A stretch of DNA of 40,496 bases. Source: a virus (Duplodnaviria; Caudoviricetes). Positions within the stretch are counted from its first letter, which is position 1, and every line of letters begins with the position of its first letter. The translations under genes and the position numbers were made by a program. This document shows positions 18,515-26,482 of the stretch, piece by piece. The stretch is taken from positions 1-40,496 of IMG/VR virus record IMGVR_UViG_3300017700_000576; one strand, written 5' to 3'. The notes below the pieces were generated by a model, which searched no databases, was not told where the DNA came from, and saw only the letters and a list, made by a program, of their open reading frames with translations.

Positions 18515-19243
18515 ATGGCGCAAAGCCTGTTCAGGACCGTCCAGAGACTTCTGGACGATAGCGGGGCTGTCGAGCCCGGCGCGACTATCGAGTTCTACAC
18601 GGCTGGCACGACAACGCCGCTGACGGTGTACTCGGACAGGGCGCTGAGCACGACGGCGGGCTCATCTGTGACAGCGGACGCCAACGGCGCTGTTGCGGAG
18701 CGCTGGGTGGCGGACAGCGTGCTGTTCAAGCTGATCTACAAGGACGCCGACGGGGCGACCAAGTACACCCGCGATTACGCCAACGACGATCAGACGTTCA
18801 GCACGGACACCGAATACGACTGGAGCGCCATTCAGAACTTCGACGCCGGGGCGCGGTTCGGCGATGACGACATTTATATCGTTCCGTCCGGCGTGGACAA
18901 GGATGTCATCTTCAACTTCGCGCCGAACGACTACCTGATTTACGACCGCAGCGCGAACACGCTTTCGCTCGTCATCGGCTCTGCCACCGTCAAGACATGG
19001 GCGGCGACAAGCGACACGGGCGGGCATCTCTACCTCCTCGCAGACAGCACTTACGATCTGGGGACAACCAGCGTGCGCGCGCGCGTCGCGTACCTCGATG
19101 ATTTGGAATTGCGCCCATCTGCCTCACGCACGCCAGCGGCCAACGGCGACCTGAGCATCGAGGCGACCAGCAACACCACGATCACGCTGAAACTGAAAGG
19201 CTCGGACGGCACTGTCCGCTCCGGAACGGTGACCCTGTCATGA
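18515..19243 (+). CDS. Tail fibre/spike protein with particle-binding N-terminal domain
   Basis: GATIEFYTAGTTTPLTVYSD...ADANG N-terminal motif; YDLGTTSVR motif; C-terminal TPAANGDLSIEATSNTTITLKLKGSDGTVRS. Confidence 0.7.
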   Translation: MAQSLFRTVQRLLDDSGAVEPGATIEFYTAGTTTPLTVYSDRALSTTAGSSVTADANGAVAERWVADSVLFKLIYKDADGATKYTRDYANDDQTFSTDTEYDWSAIQNFDAGARFGDDDIYIVPSGVDKDVIFNFAPNDYLIYDRSANTLSLVIGSATVKTWAATSDTGGHLYLLADSTYDLGTTSVRARVAYLDDLELRPSASRTPAANGDLSIEATSNTTITLKLKGSDGTVRSGTVTLS

Positions 19244-19692
19244 GCGACCGCATCCACGTACTCGCCAAGGCTGAGCTTCAGCGCTCGGACTGGAAGCTGC
19301 TTCGCGCGCTGGAGCGCTCCATCGCCGGGGAAGCATGGTGCAACTGGCGGGATGAAATCCGCCGTCTGGTGCGCGACCCCGGCGAGGCGAAGGAGCTTCC
19401 GCCAGAGCCGCCGTTCGGCGTGTTCGTCGCGTCTGAGCCGGCGCCCGTCATCGAGCCGCCCCCGCCAGAGCCGCCGCCGCGCGATCAGATCCCCGCCGAG
19501 CTGGAGCGCTTCGCAGAGGCTGACGAGACCGCGCACGACTTCCGGGAGCGCATCAAGAACCTGTGGCAGCGCTTCGGCATCCGAGAAGGTCACCACACCG
19601 CCGACATGCCGCCGCTGACAGCGGACGAGAAAATCGCCATGCGGGAAATCGATATCGCCAACTCATTGGCGGGGAACTGGATCGGCCGCTGA
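19240..19692 (+). CDS. Hypothetical protein, possible fibre assembly chaperone
   Basis: 150 aa; ATGA overlap; LQRSDW...WRDEIR motif and Pro-rich linker. Confidence 0.6.
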   Translation: MSDRIHVLAKAELQRSDWKLLRALERSIAGEAWCNWRDEIRRLVRDPGEAKELPPEPPFGVFVASEPAPVIEPPPPEPPPRDQIPAELERFAEADETAHDFRERIKNLWQRFGIREGHHTADMPPLTADEKIAMREIDIANSLAGNWIGR

Positions 19693-19719
19693 GAGCGGCA
19701 CAGGGCTAAGGGGCTGGAT

Positions 19720-20043
19720 TTGGATGACATCACGAACCTGCATTTTCAGATGCGGGACATGTTCCAACGTGCGCGAGATCATGCGGACGAAGGGGACGAC
19801 AAGTTGAAGGGCGAAGTCATCGCCCGCATCAATCAGGTGGAGCGGACGATTACCACGCTTGCGGAGCAGTTGGGAGCCCTGCGCTCTTTGCTGGCAGGCG
19901 AGTCCGTTCCGCCGATCCACCGCGCGCCACGGTTTCCGGCGTTCGTGAAGGACTGGAGGTTCTGGGTCGCCATTATCGGAGCCATCATCGCCGCCCGTTC
20001 GCCGGACATGCTGCCTCACTTCCTCAAGCTGTTTGGAGTGTAG
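19720..20043 (+). CDS. Coiled-coil protein with C-terminal TM helix, holin/antiholin candidate
   Basis: 107 aa; TTG start; WRFWVAIIGAIIAA hydrophobic segment; located at the head of the lysis region. Confidence 0.55.
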   Translation: MDDITNLHFQMRDMFQRARDHADEGDDKLKGEVIARINQVERTITTLAEQLGALRSLLAGESVPPIHRAPRFPAFVKDWRFWVAIIGAIIAARSPDMLPHFLKLFGV

Positions 20044-20046
20044 GCC

Positions 20047-21195
20047 ATGGAAAAGGCATGGGGCTGGTTCAAACGCGACTTTGCGGAATGGTTTGTCGGA
20101 TCGTGGGCGCTGCTGCTTGGCTGGGGGATCATCGTCTGGATTTTCTCCCGCCTGATCGTCATGGACGGCCACTTCTCTCGCACGTTGGGCGAAGGGTCCA
20201 GCGTCAATCCGGACCTGTTCCAGCATGTCGGCTGGGCTTACCGGGTGTTCGCTGCGTCGTTTCTCGTCATCGCCTACAAGATGGCGTTGGCGGGCCTGAA
20301 GTGGAGCGCATGGGCGATCCGTATTCTGGGCGCGTTCTGCACGCTCATCGTCATCATGCACGCGGTGGGCTTCGGTCTGGAAGCGCTCGCCGGGAAACGG
20401 GCCGCAGCCGAGGCTGAGGTTCGCCAGCAAACCGTCAGCGTTGAGGCCACGGGTGACAAGGTCGCACTCCTCGAAAAGCAGAAAGTCGAGATCAGGAAGC
20501 AACTAGCCGAGTCCATCGCGCCCTTGCAGGACCGCATGGCGAAGCTCGATAGCGACGGTAGGCTGAACGAGGACCGCACGGACGCACTGCAGGCCCGCGT
20601 TGAGAAGCTGGAAGACGGCGCGCAGGTCAAGATTGACGAGATCGACGGCCAAATCCTTGCCCTGACAACCGCTAGCGGGGAGACGGCAACCACTGCTGCG
20701 GCATCCACGACGCAAGACAAGAAGTGGACGCATCTCTTTGTCGGCATGGCGCAGCTTGCGGAACACAAGTGGGTTCCGGATGACAACGCGATCTATCTCG
20801 CTGGCGTCCTGTTCACGGTCTTCTGGGTGTTGCTTGGTGACCTCATCTGCATCGTTGGCCCTGAGACGCTCTACAAGCTCCACCTGAAGGACAAGCAGGC
20901 AGGTCATCGCGAGAAGGCCAAGGCTTACGATGACTGGAAGGCGGGTCTGTCAGAGGCCGGAAAGAAGGGCGCCAAGCGCAAGCAGCGCAACGAGAAGGTC
21001 AAGGCCGCCCGGCTCGCCATCGCTGACATGAGCGAGAAGGTAAACCAGTCCACGACACCTCTGGACGAGGACGCCGAAGACGAGCCGGAAACCGAGATCG
21101 AACCGGACGCGCCGGACGCTCTGTCCGAGACAGACGCCGATCTTTCCGCCGACAATGAAGACGAACCGCGACCCGACATCAAGGCCGCTGAGTAG
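20047..21195 (+). CDS. 4-TM membrane protein with long coiled coil and charged tail
   Basis: 382 aa; three N-terminal TM segments, about 110-aa heptad region, fourth TM, basic then acidic tail; RBS GGAG. Confidence 0.8.
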   Translation: MEKAWGWFKRDFAEWFVGSWALLLGWGIIVWIFSRLIVMDGHFSRTLGEGSSVNPDLFQHVGWAYRVFAASFLVIAYKMALAGLKWSAWAIRILGAFCTLIVIMHAVGFGLEALAGKRAAAEAEVRQQTVSVEATGDKVALLEKQKVEIRKQLAESIAPLQDRMAKLDSDGRLNEDRTDALQARVEKLEDGAQVKIDEIDGQILALTTASGETATTAAASTTQDKKWTHLFVGMAQLAEHKWVPDDNAIYLAGVLFTVFWVLLGDLICIVGPETLYKLHLKDKQAGHREKAKAYDDWKAGLSEAGKKGAKRKQRNEKVKAARLAIADMSEKVNQSTTPLDEDAEDEPETEIEPDAPDALSETDADLSADNEDEPRPDIKAAE

Positions 21196-21204
21196 GGGAC
21201 TGGA

Positions 21205-22482
21205 ATGGCGATCATGCTACCTGTGGCGCGGCCTGTCAGCGAGCTGTCGCTTGACGCCGAGGGCCGGGCGCTCATCAAGCACTTTGAGGGCCTGATGCTG
21301 AAGGCGTACCGCTGCAGCGCGGGCAAGTTGACCATCGGTTATGGCTCCACGCGGGACGTGACCGAGGGCGTGGTCATCACGCTTCAGGAAGCCGAAGACA
21401 GGCTCATTCAGGACGTGAAGGCGTCCGAGGCGCTGGTCCGCTCCAAGGTCGCCGTACCGCTGACGCAGGCGCAATTCAACGCGCTGGTGTCACTGGTGTT
21501 CAACCTTGGCCGCGTCCCGCCTTCGCTTCTGGCCTGCATCAATGGCGGGGTGACGGACAAGGGCGTCGAGATGCGCCCCGGATCGTGGAGAGAGGCGGCA
21601 GACCAGTTCTTGCGCAACTGCCGCGCGAAGGTGATGCAGCGGCAATTGGCGATCCCGATCCCTGTCAGTCAGCCCCTGCTTGGCCTCTACCGCCGCCGCA
21701 TGGCCGAGGCCGTGATGTTCATGGGCTTCAAGGACTGGAACCTCGCAACAGCAGGCGTCTCGATGAAAGCCGATCTGGGCACGACGACGCGCGGCGAATG
21801 GGTCTACGCCATCGATCCGGTTGAGACGACTTCGCTGGACGCCTGCCTTGAGCGCGCGGCGCGCGCGGCGTCCGTCGCCGGGCTTGTCGATGAACACGAG
21901 GCCAATGAGCAAGCTGGTCTTGCATGGCCGCAACCCGATCCGGTGCGTGTCTCGCCGGAGGCGGCGAGGGAGTCGGTCCAACCCCAGCCCCCGATTTCCT
22001 CGCCGCCAGTCTCTTCGCCGCAGGCTTCAGCCCCGGCGGTTGAGGGGGAGGGGGCGGTAGCAGTGGCGCCGTCCCCGAACCCGCCAAAGGTGTCGGTTCC
22101 CGTATCGACCCCTGCCGGACCTGTCCCGGGCGCCGGAAAGATCAGCGGTGAGCCTGCCGCCAAGCCCCGCCCCACGCTGGAGACGATTGCGAAGGATGCT
22201 GACATCGATCTGGTCTCGCTGCGCAAGGCGATAGCGGCGTTCCTGCTCTGGTTCGGCAACCTGCTCCGCGCGGTCGGCTCCAACGGCATGAAGGTCTTTG
22301 GCTTCGGCGGGTCCACGCTGACGGTCGCCGCCGATCAACTCGGCTTTCCGTTCGTGCAGACAATGATCGTCACGGTCGGCGTCGTCGTCATTCTGGGCGT
22401 CGTCTGGCTGGTCGGGTTCATTGCCGAGAAGTTCGGACTGCGCAGCAAGAAGAAGGTTCTGAGCGAGGGAGCCGCAGCATGA
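21205..22482 (+). CDS. Endolysin (GH24 phage lysozyme) with Pro-rich linker and C-terminal membrane segments
   Basis: IKHFEGLMLKAYRCSAGKLTIGYG (E-x8-C-x5-T), LTQAQFNALVSLVFNLG, GLYRRRMAE. Confidence 0.9.
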   Translation: MAIMLPVARPVSELSLDAEGRALIKHFEGLMLKAYRCSAGKLTIGYGSTRDVTEGVVITLQEAEDRLIQDVKASEALVRSKVAVPLTQAQFNALVSLVFNLGRVPPSLLACINGGVTDKGVEMRPGSWREAADQFLRNCRAKVMQRQLAIPIPVSQPLLGLYRRRMAEAVMFMGFKDWNLATAGVSMKADLGTTTRGEWVYAIDPVETTSLDACLERAARAASVAGLVDEHEANEQAGLAWPQPDPVRVSPEAARESVQPQPPISSPPVSSPQASAPAVEGEGAVAVAPSPNPPKVSVPVSTPAGPVPGAGKISGEPAAKPRPTLETIAKDADIDLVSLRKAIAAFLLWFGNLLRAVGSNGMKVFGFGGSTLTVAADQLGFPFVQTMIVTVGVVVILGVVWLVGFIAEKFGLRSKKKVLSEGAAA

Positions 22483-22823
22483 TTACGTTCTTCACCGGCG
22501 CATGGGCGTGGCTTCGGGCCAACCCCGTCGTCTCCAAAATCCTGATGTGGTGCGGCATCGCACTGGCCCTGTTTGTCGGGGCGAAGACCTACAAGGCGAA
22601 GGTTGAGAGTGCGACCCGCAAGAAGGTCGAAGGCGAGTTTGAGAAGAAAGCGTCGCGTACCGAGGCCGCCGTAGCTGAACGGCGGATTGACATCAACAAG
22701 GCTGAAACGAGGTCCGCAAATGAAGCTCTTGAAGCTCGCGACGCTGAGCGTCCTGTCCCCCCTGCTGCTGACGGCGTGCGCCGTGAAGCCGCCGATATAC
22801 TCTTCCGAACAGAAGGCAGTTGA
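22479..22823 (+). CDS. Inner-membrane spanin (Rz-like)
   Basis: N-terminal TM helix plus coiled coil; follows the endolysin; overlapped by a lipoprotein gene. Confidence 0.75.
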   Translation: MITFFTGAWAWLRANPVVSKILMWCGIALALFVGAKTYKAKVESATRKKVEGEFEKKASRTEAAVAERRIDINKAETRSANEALEARDAERPVPPAADGVRREAADILFRTEGS

Positions 22824-22992
22824 GACGGTCGAAGATACCGCCGCCGATGTGAAGGCCGAAGTTTGCCGGGGGCAGAAGCCGCAGGCCATCACGCGCGAAC
22901 AATACAATGCCTGGCCGGATGACGCCAAGGCGTATGCGCTGGCGAACGTGGAGCAGTGGATCGCGGGCGGCTGTGACGAGCTGGGGAGCTGA
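22720..22992 (+). CDS. Outer-membrane spanin lipoprotein (Rz1-like)
   Basis: Start ATG 22720 after GAGG; signal MKLLKLATLSVLSPLLLTAC with lipobox LTAC; two further Cys; overlaps the i-spanin in the +1 frame. Confidence 0.8.
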   Translation: MKLLKLATLSVLSPLLLTACAVKPPIYSSEQKAVETVEDTAADVKAEVCRGQKPQAITREQYNAWPDDAKAYALANVEQWIAGGCDELGS

Positions 22993-22995
22993 CCC

Positions 22996-23484
22996 GTGGC
23001 GGCCCCGAAACCGGCGCCGACCGATCCGGTGAAGGTGAAGCACCATACCCACGTCCACCCGTTCTTCGCGTTCCTCGTCTGGCTCGGCGGCCTTGTGATC
23101 TGGTGCGGCCTCTCTGTCGGGCCGGGCCAGTACCTGGAAGTGTACCTGATGCGGGAGGCGGACTATGCGCGTCCTGAGTTGGCCTCAGTCGCCTTCTATG
23201 AGGCTGACGACCTGCTGGGAGAGGCGAGCGAGGCGATGGCGGCCAACCCTGTGGGATGCCGCAAGAACCCCGCTGGCGGGCTGTCCTGTGAGCCTGCGTC
23301 GGCTCCTGTGGTCAGGGTGGAGCGGACGCCTGCGATTACGGACATGCGGCTGGCAGCTTTGGGGATGAACCTGAGACCGTGGAAGGTTCAGTTTCTCCCG
23401 GCTCTGCTGACCTCCGCTATCGGGTACGTGGGAGGGACGCTGATGTTTCTGGTGGCGCTGTTGCTGGGGAGTAGGAGGGGTTAG
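22996..23484 (+). CDS. Membrane protein, two TM regions
   Basis: 162 aa; hydrophobic N- and C-terminal segments; GTG start after GGGAG. Confidence 0.65.
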   Translation: MAAPKPAPTDPVKVKHHTHVHPFFAFLVWLGGLVIWCGLSVGPGQYLEVYLMREADYARPELASVAFYEADDLLGEASEAMAANPVGCRKNPAGGLSCEPASAPVVRVERTPAITDMRLAALGMNLRPWKVQFLPALLTSAIGYVGGTLMFLVALLLGSRRG

Positions 23485-23491
23485 GCGGGGC
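23477..23491. repeat. 15-bp direct repeat, copy 1 (GGGGTTAGGCGGGGC)
   Basis: Identical to 24481-24495; partial copy GGGGTTAGG at 23721-23729. Confidence 0.85.
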
Positions 23492-23663
23492 GCGTAACCT
23501 GCTGCAGGCTGTAGACCTGCTCGCAATGCTTTCCGCTCTCATCGCGCCGTTCCAGTGTGATGCGCATCCCGTCAACTTCGGTGACGATCCAGACCAGCCG
23601 CGTCCCTATGACGATAGCCTTGTCGCCAATCGCGAGAGGCTTCCATGTGCCCCATCCGTCCAT
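23481..23663 (-). CDS. Hypothetical protein, 60 aa (SH3/KOW-like small beta domain)
   Basis: LAIGDKAIVIG..WIVTEVDG..ITL pattern; AAGGA upstream. Confidence 0.65.
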   Translation of the reverse strand: MDGWGTWKPLAIGDKAIVIGTRLVWIVTEVDGMRITLERRDESGKHCEQVYSLQQVTRPA

Positions 23664-23724
23664 CTCTCAATCCTTTCGCGTCTCTCTACTGGACGGCTGT
23701 TCTGGCGAGGCCGGGGAGGCGGGG

Positions 23725-23955
23725 TTAGGGTTCGTCACCTGTCTGAATTTCGACGTTGAAGAACCGGGGATACGTCCCGATTACCTGCATCCCAACCGTC
23801 TCCGAGAACGTCAGCGTCTCCGCCTCTCCGCCCGGCGCGATGAAAACGGGAACCGCATCCGGGCCGATGCAGAGCGTTCCGAATTCGGTGAAGGCAAAGG
23901 ACGATCCGGGGAGCGGGTCTGCGATGACGCCCAAGCGCTTCAGGATGTCGCTCAT
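23725..23955 (-). CDS. Hypothetical protein, 76 aa
   Basis: GGAG upstream; starts 1 nt after the stop of the preceding - strand gene. Confidence 0.6.
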   Translation of the reverse strand: MSDILKRLGVIADPLPGSSFAFTEFGTLCIGPDAVPVFIAPGGEAETLTFSETVGMQVIGTYPRFFNVEIQTGDEP

Positions 23956-23956
23956 C

Positions 23957-24196
23957 TCAATCTCCGGGCGGCAGGGGGCGGGGCTTCACGAACGGAGCAA
24001 AGAGCGATTCCTTGCGGTAACGCTCAAAGAAATCCTGCACGCCCGCATTCGCCTGCTCTCGAAACTGCGCCGTCTTTCCGAGCGCCGCAACGAGCTCTTC
24101 GAATGAGCGCACCTCGACCGGGCCGTCATCCGTCATGACGTGGCCGACAACCATTTCGGTTCGCAGCCACTCCAGCGCCTCATCTCCGGTCTTCAT
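23957..24196 (-). CDS. Hypothetical protein, 79 aa
   Basis: Likely start ATG 24196 (MKTGDEALEW). Confidence 0.6.
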   Translation of the reverse strand: MKTGDEALEWLRTEMVVGHVMTDDGPVEVRSFEELVAALGKTAQFREQANAGVQDFFERYRKESLFAPFVKPRPLPPGD

Positions 24197-24246
24197 CCTC
24201 AACCCCTTCACCCACGCGCTACGGCGCTCATCTGGAGACTACCGCA

Positions 24247-24384
24247 ATGCTCGATCTATCGCCAGTCTTCCACGTCCCGACCGCGCTCGCCGCGATCATC
24301 ACCACGCTCGTTCTCGTCAACACGCCACGCGCCATGTCGTGGGTAGGCCGGTCGCTCTCCCGCATCGGCAAGAAGACCGCGTGA
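24247..24384 (+). CDS. Small membrane peptide, 45 aa (not in ORF track)
   Basis: GGAG at 24234-24237; MLDLSPVFHVPTALAAIITTLVLVNTPRAMSWVGRSLSRIGKKTA. Confidence 0.6.
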   Translation: MLDLSPVFHVPTALAAIITTLVLVNTPRAMSWVGRSLSRIGKKTA

Positions 24385-24488
24385 AGCCCTTCGCCCTTCT
24401 GGTCGCCGCTGCCGCCGTCTTCATGATGGTGGTAGCGGTGGACTGGCCTATGCTCGCCGTGGTGCTGGCGGCTGTGGTGTGGGGTTAG
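24381..24488 (+). CDS. Small hydrophobic peptide, 35 aa
   Basis: GTGA overlap with the previous peptide gene; MKPFALLVAAAAVFMMVVAVDWPMLAVVLAAVVWG. Confidence 0.6.
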   Translation: MKPFALLVAAAAVFMMVVAVDWPMLAVVLAAVVWG

Positions 24489-24495
24489 GCGGGGC
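24481..24495. repeat. 15-bp direct repeat, copy 2
   Basis: GGGGTTAGGCGGGGC, identical to 23477-23491. Confidence 0.85.
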
Positions 24496-24688
24496 CGACA
24501 AACAGCCGGTATCCCCAGCCTTTCCATAGCGGCTTCGATATGCCGGTACGTTCCGAAAAGTAGGCCCGCGCGCTCGGCGTGTAGAAGACCACAGCGCGCC
24601 CGAAGGCCTTCAGCCACCAGCCGCTTTCAAATGCGCAAAACTCAATTCCGGCGAAACGAAAGCCGCGATGCCAACCTGCTTTTTCCAT
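24485..24688 (-). CDS. Hypothetical aromatic-rich protein, 67 aa
   Basis: MEKAGWHRGFRFAG...YFSERTG; fits the - strand array. Confidence 0.6.
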   Translation of the reverse strand: MEKAGWHRGFRFAGIEFCAFESGWWLKAFGRAVVFYTPSARAYFSERTGISKPLWKGWGYRLFVGPA

Positions 24689-24709
24689 CCTCAAACCCTA
24701 TCACATCCC

Positions 24710-24844
24710 ATGTCCCGAACCTACGCGCACCCGCTCAGATACCGCCCCCGCTTCCGCTGGCGCCTCTACCTCGGCTCCCTCGCGCTTGGCTTCGGTGGCT
24801 GGGCGGCGCTGGAGTGGGTGGCGTCCGTGACGGGCCTCAACTGA
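24710..24844 (+). CDS. Small single-TM peptide, 44 aa (not in ORF track)
   Basis: MSRTYAHPLRYRPRFRWRLYLGSLALGFGGWAALEWVASVTGLN; fills the gap between two - strand genes; no clear RBS. Confidence 0.5.
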   Translation: MSRTYAHPLRYRPRFRWRLYLGSLALGFGGWAALEWVASVTGLN

Positions 24845-25178
24845 GAAGCGCCAGACACTTGATCATGCAATCCCGAACCGAAAGCGCGCGATGTTGAGTC
24901 GGTTGCCTCACCACTACCCATTTTGGATTGTCGATGAATTCAGGCTCTACCTCATCAGTAGCGCCCAAAATGCAGAGGCCCTTTGACAGCAGAAGGCTGC
25001 GCCCTACTATTTCGATGGGCTCTCCGGGAGCATATGTTCGCTCATCAAACTGCACTTTCTCGTTGAGGACGGCGGCTACCAGCCCCGGCAGATCGTCGTC
25101 TTCGCCATTTGCAAAGATGACCGGGAGCAGTTCAAACTTCGGCGCTGTGACCGGGCGATCTAGCGTGTCGGTGTCCAT
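24837..25178 (-). CDS. Hypothetical protein, 113 aa
   Basis: RBS GGAGG; abuts the upstream stop; visibly lower GC than its neighbours. Confidence 0.7.
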   Translation of the reverse strand: MDTDTLDRPVTAPKFELLPVIFANGEDDDLPGLVAAVLNEKVQFDERTYAPGEPIEIVGRSLLLSKGLCILGATDEVEPEFIDNPKWVVVRQPTQHRALSVRDCMIKCLALLS

Positions 25179-25781
25179 CTATTCCTCCTTTGCGGGCGCG
25201 TGAGCTGCGGCTGAGAGCATGGCGGGCGGCGCGGGCAGGGGGCGCCAGTGGGTGGGTGGATCATCAAGCGAGCTGACGCCATCAAACCACTTTCCCCAAT
25301 CCTGCCACCACACGAGCCTAGTTGAATCCGCATCACCAGCAACGCCGACCAGAATGCATGTCCCGTCCTTCGGCGCGCTCTCGATCTCCCGCCAGCCCGG
25401 CTCGATCACCAGACCCTGGGTCTTGAGGGCGGCGAGGAAGGCGGCAATACCGAGATCCGCATGAAATGCGACACCAACGCCGAACGTGGTGCGCTCAACC
25501 TCGCGAACCGCAGCCTCCCGCGCTTTCGCTATGGCGTCCGTCATGGCGTCTTCTCCAGCGTTTCGAGGGCGGCGGACAGGTGAGCCGCAGTCTCCGTCAG
25601 GCCACTGGCGCTCAACCCAGTCAGCCACGATGTCACCAACTTCTCTGGGGTTGAGTGCGGCAGCCCGGCCCACATCGGAGCGCATGTCCGTGCAGTTGGT
25701 CAGTATCAACGCCTCGCTACTGACAGCGACCCAGAAGCGGTCATTCTCTGTCGGCACGATGCGAATGAACATGCTCTTCAT
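25179..25781 (-). CDS. DUF551-domain protein, with probable internal or second start at 25544
   Basis: WREIESAPKDGTCILV...PTHWRPLPAPP; internal GGAGAAGACGCC-ATG. Confidence 0.75.
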   Translation of the reverse strand: MKSMFIRIVPTENDRFWVAVSSEALILTNCTDMRSDVGRAAALNPREVGDIVADWVERQWPDGDCGSPVRRPRNAGEDAMTDAIAKAREAAVREVERTTFGVGVAFHADLGIAAFLAALKTQGLVIEPGWREIESAPKDGTCILVGVAGDADSTRLVWWQDWGKWFDGVSSLDDPPTHWRPLPAPPAMLSAAAHAPAKEE

Positions 25782-25805
25782 TTCGTCTCTCCTACCTTCG
25801 TGAAC

Positions 25806-26201
25806 TCACTCATGGCTAGCGCTCCTGATGTCAGCTGCGACTGCGGCGGCGGTGCGGAGGTGGTCGCCGACTAGGTCGTATTCGCGTCCGGCGGCAGGCG
25901 TATAGATGGCCATATCCCAGCTATCTGGATCGCGTGGCTTGAACAGCTCGCCAGCCTTCGCAAACGGCCCCAGCGCCTCCCCGGCCTTCAGCGCCAGCGC
26001 CTTCCAGCGGGCGATCTCCGCAGCCTGCGCCTCGATGAGCGCGGCGGCTTCTGCGGCCAGTTTTGCTGTCAGGGCCTTTTGCCAGTCCGCAAGTTCGGCT
26101 GGCGGAGCGTCCGGGCCGAACAAGACCGCCAGCAATGTCAGGCTCTCGGCAATTTCGTCCGGGTCACGCAGCCGCGCTGCTACCTGCTGTGCGTCACTCA
26201 T
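25806..26201 (-). CDS. Hypothetical protein (Ead/Ea22-like helical), 131 aa
   Basis: EAAALIEAQAAEIARW, ALGPFA, GDHLRTA motifs; ATGA coupling. Confidence 0.7.
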   Translation of the reverse strand: MSDAQQVAARLRDPDEIAESLTLLAVLFGPDAPPAELADWQKALTAKLAAEAAALIEAQAAEIARWKALALKAGEALGPFAKAGELFKPRDPDSWDMAIYTPAAGREYDLVGDHLRTAAAVAADIRSASHE

Positions 26202-26386
26202 TTGCGGTCCTCGCTGTACTTGCGGTATAGGTACTCAGCGACCCGCGTGCGGGCGTCGTCGTTCGGCAGGTCATTGAACAGATCGAAGCACCAGCCGATT
26301 GTCTGGACTTCCAGATCAATGTCCCTCCCATCGTCGTATGTGCGGAACGTGAGAAGGCGTTGCTTCTGTTCGTGTGCGTCACTCAT
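26198..26386 (-). CDS. Hypothetical protein, 62 aa
   Basis: AAGGA RBS; ATGA coupling to the next gene. Confidence 0.7.
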   Translation of the reverse strand: MSDAHEQKQRLLTFRTYDDGRDIDLEVQTIGWCFDLFNDLPNDDARTRVAEYLYRKYSEDRK

Positions 26387-26482
26387 CAGTCAGATCCTTC
26401 TTCAGCTTTCCAAGCGCCACCAGCGCGAACGGGACAAGCAGCCAGCCGGTGACGGCGAGGAGCCAGAGGGGGGGGCGGTCAT
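26379..26482 (-). pseudogene. Small membrane-peptide gene apparently frameshifted at a C8 tract
   Basis: ATGA-coupled start at 26482 is out of frame with LWLLAVTGWLLVPFALVALGKLKKDLTDE; a 6- or 9-C tract would restore the frame. Confidence 0.4.

Noticed and set aside
23645-23728. 27-codon + strand ORF ending RRG-stop like the 22996..23484 gene
   Set aside because: No RBS, overlaps a - strand start, too short to support; at most a remnant
23477-24495. Integron attC sites (GTTAGGC fits GTTRRRY and the stops lie in GCCTAAC)
   Set aside because: No integron integrase, no convincing attC-length hairpin with L boxes, and partner core sites do not fit; kept only as a generic boundary repeat
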